A stretch of 64,000 nt of DNA from assembly GCF_044704955.1 (NCBI RefSeq), contig NC_091980.1, forward strand, positions 11,160,001 to 11,224,000. The letters are read 5' to 3'. This document shows, piece by piece, positions 26,857 to 38,563 of the stretch. Each line of letters begins with the position of its first letter. Positions within the stretch are counted from its first letter, which is position 1. The notes under the pieces were generated by a model that was given only the letters and a program-made list of their open reading frames with translations, ran no database searches and was not told where the DNA came from. The position numbers and the translations under genes were made by a program. This DNA is from Pristiophorus japonicus (Eukaryota).

Positions 26857-27949
26857 AATGCCTGCTCTTGTTAATAAGAGGCTCCCAAGGTATGGGAAGT
26901 GGTCCACGTTGTCCAGGGCCGTGCCATTGATCTTGATGATTGGAGGGCAGTGCTGTGCGGGAGGAGAAGCTGGTGGAGGACCTTTGTCTTATGGATGTTT
27001 AGCGTAAGGCCCATGCTTTCATATGCCTCAGTAAATACATTGACTATGTCGTGTTTTGTCGCACAATGGTGAAACACATCTTGATCTTCTACATGCTCTT
27101 CCACGGAGAAACAAGAGTCTAATTTCAATGTTACTAATAAAAATATCTTCAGCTGCTCTGCTTGTTCAACTAACTGGTACCTCTGATAACGTCTATATCT
27201 TCATCTTATGTTGTCTTGCATCACTAGCTCCCCTGAGCTAAAAAAAAAGGCTTCAATTTCAGTTCCTTTGCCAACACAGCATTTAAGAAGCCTGGTGCCC
27301 GCTATTTTTCTGAACAGTTCTTTCCATTCCAACAATGCCTAATTCTCTAAAGAGCCTAATTATGTTCAAGTCTTGAACAGTAACTCCATATCTGTGAATT
27401 TGCTTCTAGGAAATCTCTGCCACTCCTGGACAGGGTACAACAAATATTTTCCATTTGACGATATATTTAGCATTCATTATCTCCCTTTAGTATTACTTTA
27501 CCTTGCCCTAATTTATCGATGCTAATATGTTCAATTTTGCATTGAATTTTCATATTTTATTCTTCTTAAGTTGCAGACATACGATGGCAGTTATTATTCT
27601 TCCTCATTACAATTTCATTGCAAAACTCGCTATCTTATTCAACCTTCACCTTATCCTACAATCTATTGGTTTCTGACTCACAAGCTTAGCTAACCATTAC
27701 TTCTTAGGTTAATATATTTTTCTTTATACCCATGTGTTGTACTTTAAGCTTTATTGATTGAAATATATGAATGGCAAGGGATAAAGTTTGTAGAAGAATG
27801 GGCAGTATTTACAATCATTAACAGTATTAAAACATGCCTATCTAAATTAACTAATACTACTTTCAATGATACGTTGAATTTCCATATTTGGATTTAAAAA
27901 AACCTGTCAGTTATTTCGAAACCACAATTCTATCTGATATTAAGCAGTA

Positions 27950-28152
27950 AAAATCTGGAATTCTCTGGCCCTAAAAGGCCGCGGATGCTGGGATAATTAG
28001 ACTGAGAGCATAGATTTGGGTTAGGTAAGTGTATCAAGGGATATGAAGTTAAGGTGTGTAAATGCCATTGAGGTACAGAGCAGCCAGGCTCGACTTGAAT
28101 GAGTGAGCAAGCTCGAAGAGATTAATGGCCTACTCCTGGTCTTATGTTCCTA
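27950..28152 (+). mobile_element. Old CR1 3' end fragment
   Basis: TGGAATTCTCT..GGCCTACTCCTGGTCTTATGTTCC resembles the 3' end of copy B. Confidence 0.6.
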
Positions 28153-28459
28153 AAAGTTGGACTCGATTTTTAAATCGTTCGATTACAAGAATCATTAATA
28201 AATATACAAAGAAGTTAAAATGTTAAAAAGTTAAAATCTCCTCAGTAATATCTGGCGTGGGAAAAGTCCTTTTGTAGCTACCAGGGGCATAACATTTACC
28301 TGAAATGTTTTTGCTGTTGTAAGTTTTGAAAATAAAAGCAGAAGAATATCAAAATACCAAACGAGAAAATTACAAATCTTTGAAGTGTTTGTACAGATTT
28401 TGAAGAATATATTTCAAAGCATACAATGACGCTGGTTATGTCAATCTCTATGTATTTTG

Positions 28460-28600
28460 ATTGCACACCAATAAATCGCCCGTTCCTGGAAGGGTCCAGC
28501 TTTAAGAATTGCAATATTTAATTATTGACAGGAACTCGCTGTGTCACTGTCTACCAATAAGGAGCTCAGATGCAACAAGAGATCCATTGCCCCTCCCCAA
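28460..28600 (+). promoter_or_regulatory. Protocadherin promoter block 1 with variant CSE
   Basis: TTGCACAC..AGCTTTAAGAA..TTATTGACAGG..CTCGCTGTGTCACTGTCTACCAAT..GAGATCCATTGC; aligns with blocks 2-4. Confidence 0.85.
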
Positions 28601-28791
28601 CAGAGAAGGAGCAGACTGAAAGAGAACGATCGGTTGCATCCATTTAGATTGTGGAGTCACGTTCGGAGGGATCAAGGTCGATTTTCTGTGCATTCGGCAT
28701 TTAGATGTATGGAGCAACGCATTTTGTGATCAAGCCAGCTCTTGCGCTGAAACGATTTTGTAGATTTGCACAATAATCCGGCGAGGGTACA

Positions 28792-31176
28792 ATGGCGAAT
28801 TCACAGAGCAACAACGCCTTGATGCTGGCTGTTATTTTCCTGGCTTGTACATTGAACCTGGGTTTTGGAGAGATTCGCTATTCTATTCCTGAGGAATTGG
28901 AACGTGGTACTTTTGTGGGGAATGTCGCTGAAGATTTGGGACTAAACGTTCGACAACTATCAGCTCGGAAATGTCGTCTGGTTTCTGCTGACGGACGGCA
29001 GTATTTGGAGGTAAATTTGGAGACTGGCGTCTTATTTGTTAACGAAAGAATAGACAGAGAACTGCTTTGTGCACAAGCCCCAACATGTATCCTCGCTTTC
29101 CAAATAATAATAGAAAACCCTCTCGAAATGCACCGCGGGGAAGTGGAGATACTCGATGTAAATGATAATTCGCCCGGTTTCCCGGAGAGCGCGATTGTCT
29201 TGCAGATGGCCGAATCCATTGCAGCAGGCTCTCGCTTTCCGCTAGAGAGCGCGCTCGATCCAGACGTGGGGACAAATACAGTCACCGATTACAAGATCAG
29301 TCCTAATGAACACTTCGGTCTAAAAGTGCGAACCAGAGAGGATAGCACTAAAATTGCAGAGTTGCTGTTGGAGAAACCCTTGGACCGCGAACGGCAGGCG
29401 TCCTTTCAGCTTATACTGACGGCCCTCGACGGTGGGATACCGCACAGATCTGGGACGATTCAAATCAGTATTATTGTGTTGGACATCAATGATAACGCGC
29501 CTGTATTCGAGCATGAAGTATACAGGGCCAGCCTGATGGAAAACGCACCCCTAGGTACATTGGTGATGAGAGTCAACGCTGTGGATCGAGACCAAGGCAC
29601 GAATGCTGAGCTAAAATATTCTTTCACCAATCTTGTCTCTCAGAGAGCGCGTGAATTGTTCATTTTGGATCCGGAAACTGGAGAGGTCAGAGTTCAAGAA
29701 CTGCTGGATTTTGAAGAAGCAAACAATTATGAACTTGATGTTCAAGCTGTGGATAATGGTTCACCAGCAATTGCAGGACATTCCAAAGTGCTGATCAAAC
29801 TAATTGATATGAATGATAACGCCCCCGAGATAACGTTGACCTCGTTGTCGAGCAAGGTCTCCGAGAATGCTGCGCCCGGGACAGTAATAGCTTTGATCGA
29901 TGTAATGGATCGCGATTCTGGAGCGAACGGACAAGTTCACTGTCAGATCCCTACCGAAATGCCTCTTAAACTTCAGTCCATTTTGAAAGGCCATTATAAA
30001 TTGATTACCAGTGGTGTGTTGGATCGTGAAACCGCCCCTCTGTATAATATACCTGTCTTAGCCAGGGATTCGGGGTCTCCTCCACTATCAACAAATAAAA
30101 CCATCCAGATTTTGGTTTCTGATGTAAATGATAACGCCCCAAGGTTTTCCCGACCCGTCTACACCGTGTATGTGATGGAGAACAACGCTCCAGGAGCTTC
30201 TATTTCCGTAGTGACTGCGTTCGATCCTGATCTGGACCAGAATTCCTATGTTTCTTATTCTTTAAAAGGGAATCTACAAAACTCTCCAGTGTCCACCTAC
30301 CTCAATGTTAATTCCATGAATGGGACCATTTACGCGCTGCGCTCTTTTGACTACGAGCATCTCAAAACCTTCCAGGTCCAAGTTCAAGCCCGAGACGCTG
30401 GAGTGCCACCACTGAGCAGCAGCGCTACAGTGAATGTGATTATCCTGGATCAAAATGACAATGCTCCCCTAATTGTTTCACCTTCAGCACGGAGCGGATC
30501 AGCAGCAGGGGAGGTCGTGCCCCAGTCAGCGGATCAGGGGTACTTGGTCACCAAGATAATCGCAACTGACGCAGATTCTGGTCAGAACGCAAGGCTTTCC
30601 TACCAGATACTTCAAGCAACCGACCCCACTCTCTTCGCCGTAGCGCGCCATTCGGGTCAAATCAGAACAATGCGAAGCATTTCGGAGCAGGATGAGACCA
30701 CGCAACGTCTAGTCGTCGTGGTGAGGGACAACGGACAGCCGAGCCTCTCGAGCACGGTTACAATCTTCCTATTAATCTTGGCCAATGTTACGGAAAAAAT
30801 CTCTGAAACTAGTAATTTAGTCAGTAATCCTGGATATTCCTCCGATCTAAATCTTTACTTAATCGTCGCATTCGGCTCAACTTCGTTTATATTTCTTGTA
30901 ACCATCGTTTTGTTGGTTGGCGTGAAGTGCCATCAGGACAGAAACATTATTCAAGGTCACTGGGCCCCAGTTTGCTGTTGCCGGCCGATGAATTCGAAGG
31001 ACATCTTTACTCGGGCACCTGCACCAACAGACCCTTTAAATTATACTGGAACTGCTCAGAATATCCCCTTCCCCGAGTCTTATCATTACTCGGTTTGTTT
31101 GTCTCCCGAATCATCGAAGAGCGAATTTCTGTTCCTGAAGCCCTACAATCCACCCGCGCCTCAAGGGCAATGCTGA
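28792..31176 (+). CDS. Clustered-type protocadherin 1 (794 aa; signal peptide, EC1-6, TM, short tail; apparently single exon)
   Basis: Intact ORF; ACAATGG start context; DxNDN/LDRE/DxD cadherin motifs; EC1 C-X5-C; TM LYLIVAFGSTSFIFLVTIVLLVGV; tail YSVCLSPESSKSEFLFLKP. Confidence 0.95.
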   Translation: MANSQSNNALMLAVIFLACTLNLGFGEIRYSIPEELERGTFVGNVAEDLGLNVRQLSARKCRLVSADGRQYLEVNLETGVLFVNERIDRELLCAQAPTCILAFQIIIENPLEMHRGEVEILDVNDNSPGFPESAIVLQMAESIAAGSRFPLESALDPDVGTNTVTDYKISPNEHFGLKVRTREDSTKIAELLLEKPLDRERQASFQLILTALDGGIPHRSGTIQISIIVLDINDNAPVFEHEVYRASLMENAPLGTLVMRVNAVDRDQGTNAELKYSFTNLVSQRARELFILDPETGEVRVQELLDFEEANNYELDVQAVDNGSPAIAGHSKVLIKLIDMNDNAPEITLTSLSSKVSENAAPGTVIALIDVMDRDSGANGQVHCQIPTEMPLKLQSILKGHYKLITSGVLDRETAPLYNIPVLARDSGSPPLSTNKTIQILVSDVNDNAPRFSRPVYTVYVMENNAPGASISVVTAFDPDLDQNSYVSYSLKGNLQNSPVSTYLNVNSMNGTIYALRSFDYEHLKTFQVQVQARDAGVPPLSSSATVNVIILDQNDNAPLIVSPSARSGSAAGEVVPQSADQGYLVTKIIATDADSGQNARLSYQILQATDPTLFAVARHSGQIRTMRSISEQDETTQRLVVVVRDNGQPSLSSTVTIFLLILANVTEKISETSNLVSNPGYSSDLNLYLIVAFGSTSFIFLVTIVLLVGVKCHQDRNIIQGHWAPVCCCRPMNSKDIFTRAPAPTDPLNYTGTAQNIPFPESYHYSVCLSPESSKSEFLFLKPYNPPAPQGQC
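29239..29252 (+). promoter_or_regulatory. Candidate exonic CTCF site (eCBS position), gene 1
   Basis: CCGCTAGAGAGCGC encoding (F)PLESA; identical at 36437 and 42804. Confidence 0.4.
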
Positions 31177-31359
31177 GTTACAAACATGTGGTAAATTCGA
31201 GGGCAATCGTTTCGTCCTCTTGATAAAATGTTCTGATTTACTTAAGTTCGGCTGGAAGTACTACATTTTATTTCCCTTCAACCAACTCTATCGCTTTACA
31301 GAAGAAGGTTAATGCTGTAATGGGGCGGGTAACGTTTTAAAGAAAATAACATGGCACCC

Positions 31360-31365
31360 AATAAA
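31360..31365 (+). terminator. Candidate poly(A) signal, gene 1
   Basis: AATAAA 184 nt after the stop; gene 2 has the same spacing. Confidence 0.5.
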
Positions 31366-31814
31366 ACGGTCTAGTTACATGGCAAATATCGGTGCCTTTG
31401 AATTGCAATGTGGAGCCGGTAGACCAGAGAAATACCGCTCACTGTAAATCGGTCCAATTAGTAGTTAGCTCGCCAAAGCATTGCTCTGAATATGTTTGCT
31501 GGGCACGAGACCAGAGCTCTCATTCCGAGCCACTAATTTTTAGTTAGAAAATGATTGGCGAAATGTCCTTCTCTCTTGATATTAAAAATATTCCATAGAA
31601 AGTTATTTTAAGTTACAGGCAGTTCAATGGACTTATACTGGCCCCTTTGTATCAAAGGGATGCCTAAATGTTTAGTTGGAACACTAACGTAGAAGTAGAA
31701 ATGGAGGCAAAGATACATTGTAAACTACTCCGAGCAGAAGACCGTTAATATGGTATTGATAGCGATTCATAGTCTCGGATCTGTAATTCCTTTCACCTCA
31801 GTTGTTTCTTCGAG

Positions 31815-34620
31815 TTACATCGAGTCTACAACACAGAAACAGGCCATTCGGCCCAACTTGTATATGCTAGTGTTTATGCTCCACACGAGCTTCCTCCCAC
31901 CGCTCCTCATTTCACCCGATAACCATATCCTTCAATTGCTTTCTCCTTCATATGGTTATCCAGCTTCCCCTTAAGTACAGCTTCCACATTCTTACCATTT
32001 TTGTGCAAACAAGTTTCTCCTTAATTCCTATTTGGATTTATTCGTGACTATCTTATATTGATGACCTCTAGTTTTCGACACCCCAACGGTGGAATCTTTC
32101 TCTGAAACCCTTTCAATATCAGGTCACCTCTCAGCCTGCTTTTTTTTTAAAGGAATAGAACCCCAGACGGTTCAACCTTTCCTGATGAGTGTATCCTCTC
32201 AAACAAGAATACAATACTGTGGATGCTGGAAATCTAAAATAAACTCCTGCTGAATATTTCCAGCATTTCTCTTTTTATTTCAGTTGATCCTCCAGTTTTG
32301 ATGAATCTTCATGAATCTGTTGTGCACCTTCTCCAGTGCCTCTACACCCTTGTTATAAGAAAGTAACCAGAACTGTGCACAGTACTCACACAAATATAGA
32401 AACTGAAAATAGGTGCAGGAGTAGACCATTCGGCCCTTCGAGCCTGCACCATCATTCAATATGATCATGGCTGATCATGTAACTTCAGTACCCCATTCCT
32501 GCTTTCTCTCCATACCCCTTGATCCCTTTAACATGCTCCATATTCTTACCATTTTTATGTAAACAAGTTTCTCCTGAATTCCCATTTTGATTTATTCGTG
32601 ACTATCTTATATTGATGACCTCTACTTTTCGACACCCCAATGGTGGAAACTTTTTCTCTAAAACACTTTCATTATCAGGTCACCTCCCAGCCTGTTTTTT
32701 TTTTAGGGAAAAGAGCCCCAGACGGTTCAACCTTTCCTGATGAGTGTATCCTATACAAGAACAAAATACTGTGGATGCTGGAAATCTAAAATACTCCTTA
32801 CTCACCAAGGTTCTATACAAGTTGAACATCACATCTATGCTTTTCCATTTTTTCACCGTAGAAATAAACCCCAGTGCTTGCTTTGCATTTTATGGCCTTA
32901 TTAACCTGCGAAGCTACTTTTAGTGATTTATCTATCTATACCACTCGATAACTTTATTACTCTACCCCATTCAAACTCTTATAATTTAAGCAGTATGTGA
33001 CCTCATTATTCTTCCCAGCAAAATGACCATCTCACACGTGTCACGTGTCTGTATTGAAACTCATTTGCCAATTGCACCCCCATTCTGCAAGTTTATTAAT
33101 GCCTTCCTGTATTTTGTCGCATTCTTCCTTTGTTTTAACTACACATCCCACATTTTCTCATTTTAAACTTTGAAATTGTACTTCCGATTTCTGAGTCCAG
33201 GTCATTGATATAAATTCTGAACAGTGCTCCCAGCACCGATCCCTGTGGAACATTAGTTCCCATCTTTTGCAGTCTGAGTAGCTGCCCTCATCCCCTACTC
33301 TCTGTTTTATGTTTTCTAGCGACATTGCTGTCCATTCTGCTACCTGCCCCCTGACTCTACATAAGCCGACCTTAGTCACGAGTGTACTATGCAGTACCTA
33401 TCGAAGGCCTTTTGAAAATCCAAATATATTGCATCTTCTACATTAACCGTTTCTACTCTTTCAGTTACTTCTTCAATTAATTCGGTAAGGTTGGTCCAGC
33501 ACGAACTTCCCCTTTGAAATCAGTGCTGACTACTCTTTATTATATTTTTGGTTTCTAGGTATATTTCTATTATATTTTTGCTTAAACATTCCATTATCTT
33601 TTCTATTGCTGACGTTAGCCTTACTGGTCTTTAGTTCCGTGGACTTGTTCTCAGTCCTTTTTTAGATAAAGGACTAACTTTAGCTGTCCGCCAGTCTTCT
33701 GGTACTATTCCCTTTTCTAATATGTGTAATATTACCTTTGCTATCTCTTCCCTAACTACTTGTATTATGCACAGATGCAATCTATTGGGACAAGAGCTTT
33801 TATCCTCTTTAATTTTGATTAGTTTATCAGTTATCTTCCCCTTTCTATTTTAAATGTCTTTACATATTTTTTGATTTCTTCTAATATCATGCCCCCTTGA
33901 AGTCTCCCTCGTAAATACTGAGGCAAAGTAACTATTAAATATTTCTGCCATTTCATTGTCATTACCTGTGAGTTTATCTTATACATCCGTTAGTTTCCCT
34001 ATCCATATCCTGACTTTTCTTTTGTTAATTATATGTCCGTCGAATACCTCACTATTTATTTTTATATTCCTCGGTAATTACATTTTGTAGTTCCTTTCCA
34101 CTTCTATTATTTTTTTGGCATTTGTTCCTAAACTCTCCATATTCCCATTTGTCATCCTCTCCTTCATTGTCTATGTACTTACCATAACTCATTTGCTTTA
34201 GTTTCAATTTTAGCCTTATCTATTTATTCAGCCATGGTATTTCATTATTGGCTATTAGGTTTTTGTGTGTCTTTGTCTTACTTAGGTCTTTTTCAATCAA
34301 TATTTTAACCTTATTATATTATAATCGCTATACCCTAGATGTTCCCATGTGCTTACTTTTCTTGTCTGTTCTGGTTCATTTTCCATTACTAGATCCGGTA
34401 ATAATTTCTCTCTAGTTGGGATTCCTAATACGGAGTAAGGAGAGTCCCGAACACAATGTGAAAACTACATTTCCTTTTCTGCTTTACATACTTATTCTTG
34501 CAAGTTTATTTGGGAATAGTTGAAATCTCCCATTATTATTATTCAATCCAATTTAATAATTTCATAGATTTGCCAACACATTTCCTCCTCCACTTCCCTT
34601 CCACTTTTAGGTGATCAATT
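31815..34620 (-). mobile_element. Old degraded CR1 with nested short insertions
   Basis: Tail-side GAAACAGGCCATTCGGCCC at about 31836; GATTTTCAAAAGGCCTTCGAT (DFQKAFD) at about 33400-33420 on the minus strand; young CR1 3' piece at 32394-32530. Confidence 0.75.
31982..32800. repeat. About 260-bp local direct duplication (31982-32250 and 32536-32800)
   Basis: Both copies carry GATTTATTCGTGACTATCTTATATTGATGACCTCTA..CCCCAGACGGTTCAACCTTTCCTGATGAGTGTATCCT..AATACTGTGGATGCTGGAAATCTAAAATA. Confidence 0.85.
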
Positions 34621-35619
34621 GCTATTAGTTAATTTTTTATACATCACCTAGTCTACTTTAAGCCCCATTTGTCGTTATGAAACTGGTTTAATATTATAAA
34701 GTGCATGCACATTGGAATTTCTGAAATTCATTAATAATGCTGCATTGTAGGGAGGAGTTGCATTGACACTTTTTACAACTACTTCCATTTTGTACCAATG
34801 CTCAAGTGAAAGCATAACTCCAAACTTGATAGCCAATGCTACGATATAGTTTCCAGGCTGGCAATTTCTTTTGCATACTGCTTGTCTGCTGTCTGATTCT
34901 GCTTGGAATTCTCGTGGTCTGTGGAGAGCTCTGTGGATACACACATGTGTGCAAGTGCACAGCTCCACTAAATGTTTTAGGATCACAGATATGATCATCC
35001 ACGTTGGCAATACATGCGAAAATATCATGGATGAGCTGTAAGATTCCATTGGAACCGCTCAACACTTTTCAATCGAGGTTTGGCACTGCATTGTACTCTA
35101 TATGGAGGCAAACACAAGCGGTGTGACACGATACCACTCAAGGAGCTCCCTCACATTTTTCCCTCCACTCGACACCACACTAATATGAAAATCAATATAA
35201 AATGGAAACTAAATTATACCTCCATAAATCATAGTGATTCTCCAAATACGTACTTTTACTAGTGCGAGGACTAGAAATATGATAACATGTTTTGAAATAC
35301 TGCTTCTGTTGCGTAGGAGTTGAGTAAGGATGCTTATCTTTATACAGAAATAAATCAATAGTTGGGTTGTAGGAAGAGTAGTTGAGGGCAAGGCACTAGA
35401 CACAGTTAAGAAGTTAACTGCTTCCACGCAGAGAAACTTGATATCCAGAACGAGGAGACCAAGTAGGCATTTTTTTAATATAGATTTGGCTTCTGATCTA
35501 GTGGATAGGGACACAGAAAATCTTAACCCAACTCACATTTCGAAGCATTGGCGACGACCTTGAAGAGAAATGTTACAAAATCAATTGAGCAGCGGCGTCT
35601 ATAATTGCCTTGGTATTAT

Positions 35620-35775
35620 GGTTGCACACCATAAAAACGCTCATTGCGACCGCCAGTATTCCGGGAACAGCCCAGCTTTAAGAAGGTTGCGTGTCATTAT
35701 TGACAGGGGCTCGCTGTGTCGCTGTCCACCAATAAGAATCACAAATGCAGCCAGAGATCCATTGCTCCTCCCCCA
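35620..35775 (+). promoter_or_regulatory. Protocadherin promoter block 2 with CSE
   Basis: CTCGCTGTGTCGCTGTCCACCAAT; CGCT core at 35720-35723, 261 bp before the ATG. Confidence 0.9.
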
Positions 35776-35980
35776 TCACGGAACGAGAGCAGAATCAGAG
35801 AGAAAGAGAATCAGTGCTTGCGATTAGGTTATGCGACCAACTGGTGAAGCGCAGAGGGCAATACTTTGCAAAGTCCACAGTTCGAGGTATTGGGAGAAAT
35901 ATTGGAAATACTGGCTCGTGAAATTCACCCGACTACTACCTTACATTTGTGCCTCTGCGAAATAATCCAATCCGGTAACA

Positions 35981-38374
35981 ATGGCGTCTTCACAGAGCAA
36001 CAGCGCCTTACAATTCATGGTGCTGGTTTTCATTTTCCTGAATTGTGCATTTGATGTGGTTTCCGGACAGATTCGCTACTCGGTCCCCGAAGAACGGGAG
36101 CAGGGCGCTGAAATTGGTAATATCGCTGAAGATTTGGGACTGAACCTTCGCAAATTGTTAGCAGGGAAAGGTCGGCTGGTCTCTGACTACAAAATGCGGT
36201 ATTTGGAGATAAATGTGGAAAACGGGATTTTATTTGTCAATGAGAGGATAGACAGAGACCAGCTTTGTGGATCAATCACTACTTGTGTTCTTTCTTTCCA
36301 AATAGTGATTGAAAATTCTCCAGAAATGTACCGGGGTGAAGTGGAGATTCTCGATATAAATGATAATTCACCCAGTTTCCCTGAAAGCACCATTCTCTTG
36401 CAGATGGCGGAGTCCATTGCACCAGGCGCCCGCTTTCCGCTAGAGAGCGCGCTCGATCCAGACGTGGGGACAAACACAGTCACCGGTTACAAGATCAGCC
36501 CTAATGAATACTTCGGTCTGAAAGCGCAGACTGCAGAGGACGGCACTAAAACGGCCGAGTTGCTGTTGGAGAAACCCTTGGACCGCGAACGGCAGTCTTC
36601 CTTTCAGCTGATACTGACCGCCACTGATGGAGGGGATCCTCAAAGATCTGGGGCAACTCGGATTGTCATTACTGTGCTGGACAGCAACGATAACGCGCCT
36701 GCATTCGATCACGAGGTCTACAAAGTAAGTCTGGTGGAAAACTCACCCAGGGGTACGCCGGTGATTAAAGTCCATGCCTCTGACCCAGACGAAGGTCCGA
36801 ATGCTGAGGTAACATATTCCTTCAGTAACCGCGCTTCACAAAAAGTGCAAGAATTGTTCAGTCTCGATCCGCGAACAGGAGAGATTAGAGTTCAAGGAAT
36901 GCTCGATTTTGAAGAAGCAAGCAGTTATTCAATTGATGTTCAAGCTGCGGACAGTGGTTCACCAGTAATTGCAGGACATTCCAAGGTCCTGATCAAGGTA
37001 ATTGATGTGAATGATAACGCACCTGAGATAAAGGTGACCTTGGTATCTAGCAAGGTCCCCGAAGATGCTGCGCGCGGGACAGTGATAGTCTTGATCAACG
37101 TAATCGATCGCGATTCTGGAGAGAACGGACAAGTTAACTGCCAGATTCCCCAGGATGTTCCCTTTAAGCTGCAAACATCTTTGAGTAACCATTATAAATT
37201 GATTACAAGCGCCTTGTTGGATCGTGAAACCGTCGCTCTGTATAACATACCTATCGTAGCCTGGGACTCGGGGTCTCCTCCACTATCAACAAATAAAACC
37301 ATCCAGATTTCGGTGTCTGATGTGAATGATAACACCCCAAGGTTTTCCCGACCCTCGTATACCGTGTATGTGATGGAGAACAATACTCCGGGTGCTTCAA
37401 TTTTTGCAGCGACTGCATTCGATCCTGATCTGGAGCAGAATTCCTATGTTTCTTATTCTTTCAAAGGGAATCTTCAAAACTCTCCAGTGTCCACCTACCT
37501 CAATGTTAATTCCATGAACGGGACCATTTACGCGCTGCGCTCCTTTGACTACGAGCATCTCAAAAACTTCCAGGTCCAAGTTCAAGCCCGAGACGCTGGA
37601 GTGCCACCACTGAGCAGCAGCGCCACAGTGAATGTGATAATCCTGGATCAAAATGACAACGCTCCCTTAATTGTTTCCCCTTCAGCACGGAGCGGATCAG
37701 CAGCAGGGGAGGTCGTGCCCCAGTCAGCGGGTCAAGCGTACTTGGTCACCAAGATAATCGCAACTGATGCAGATTCTGGTCAGAATGCACGGCTCTCCTA
37801 CCAAGTGCTGAAAGCAACTGATCCCAGTCTGTTCAATGTTGGACTGAACTCTGGAGAAATCAGAACAGCCCGAGGTATTTTGGAGCAAGATGCCACCAAA
37901 CAAACTCTGGTGATCTTGGTGAAGGATAATGGGCAGCCGAGCCTCTCAAGCACGGTTACAATCCTCTTTTCAATTTTGGATAATGTTACTGATAGTTTCT
38001 CTGAAAGTAGCAACTTGATGAGAAATCCTGGATATGTCTCTGATGTAAATCTCTATTTAATCGTCATTTTAGGTTCAACTTCCTGTATCTTTCTTTTAAC
38101 CATCATTTTGCTGATTGGCATCAAGTGTAAACAGGACACTAACATCTCCGAAGAATATAACTCCCCAACTTGTTGCCACAGACTGGGAGATTCTAGCGAT
38201 GCGTTTAATCGAGGATCTGCACTGAAGGAATCTTTAACCTATACTGGGGCTGGTGAGATTGTTCGCATGCCTGACGCATACCATTACTCGGTTTGTCTGT
38301 CTCCAGAATCAGCGAAAAGCGATTTTCTGTTTTTGAAGCCCTGCACACCACCCATGTCTCTAGCCCAATGTTAA
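35981..38374 (+). CDS. Clustered-type protocadherin 2 (797 aa)
   Basis: Intact ORF with the same architecture; ends DFLFLKPCTPPMSLAQC*. Confidence 0.95.
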   Translation: MASSQSNSALQFMVLVFIFLNCAFDVVSGQIRYSVPEEREQGAEIGNIAEDLGLNLRKLLAGKGRLVSDYKMRYLEINVENGILFVNERIDRDQLCGSITTCVLSFQIVIENSPEMYRGEVEILDINDNSPSFPESTILLQMAESIAPGARFPLESALDPDVGTNTVTGYKISPNEYFGLKAQTAEDGTKTAELLLEKPLDRERQSSFQLILTATDGGDPQRSGATRIVITVLDSNDNAPAFDHEVYKVSLVENSPRGTPVIKVHASDPDEGPNAEVTYSFSNRASQKVQELFSLDPRTGEIRVQGMLDFEEASSYSIDVQAADSGSPVIAGHSKVLIKVIDVNDNAPEIKVTLVSSKVPEDAARGTVIVLINVIDRDSGENGQVNCQIPQDVPFKLQTSLSNHYKLITSALLDRETVALYNIPIVAWDSGSPPLSTNKTIQISVSDVNDNTPRFSRPSYTVYVMENNTPGASIFAATAFDPDLEQNSYVSYSFKGNLQNSPVSTYLNVNSMNGTIYALRSFDYEHLKNFQVQVQARDAGVPPLSSSATVNVIILDQNDNAPLIVSPSARSGSAAGEVVPQSAGQAYLVTKIIATDADSGQNARLSYQVLKATDPSLFNVGLNSGEIRTARGILEQDATKQTLVILVKDNGQPSLSSTVTILFSILDNVTDSFSESSNLMRNPGYVSDVNLYLIVILGSTSCIFLLTIILLIGIKCKQDTNISEEYNSPTCCHRLGDSSDAFNRGSALKESLTYTGAGEIVRMPDAYHYSVCLSPESAKSDFLFLKPCTPPMSLAQC

Positions 38375-38557
38375 CTTACAAAGATTTGGTAACATCAAGG
38401 CAGGAAGATGTTGCTTGCAACCTTTTGCTATCTATTTACGTGTAGCAGTTCGGGTTGAAGTACCGAAAATTCGTTCCGTTTAAGGATTTTTTTTGGCAGC
38501 AGGAGATGGTTCTTGTAATATAACTGTCAGTGTTGTTAATCAAAGGAAATATTGCAA

Positions 38558-38563
38558 AATAAA
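38558..38563 (+). terminator. Candidate poly(A) signal, gene 2
   Basis: AATAAA 184 nt after the stop. Confidence 0.5.

Larger units (their letters stand above)
24833..27052 (-). mobile_element. RTE-clade LINE fragment, interrupted by two CR1 insertions
   Basis: (CAT)n tail at 24833-24846; ORF 25737..25961 KLIVYRAAVIPALLCGSKIWT..CLRKILQIPWED is RTE-type; homologous to 49490-49898. Confidence 0.85.
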
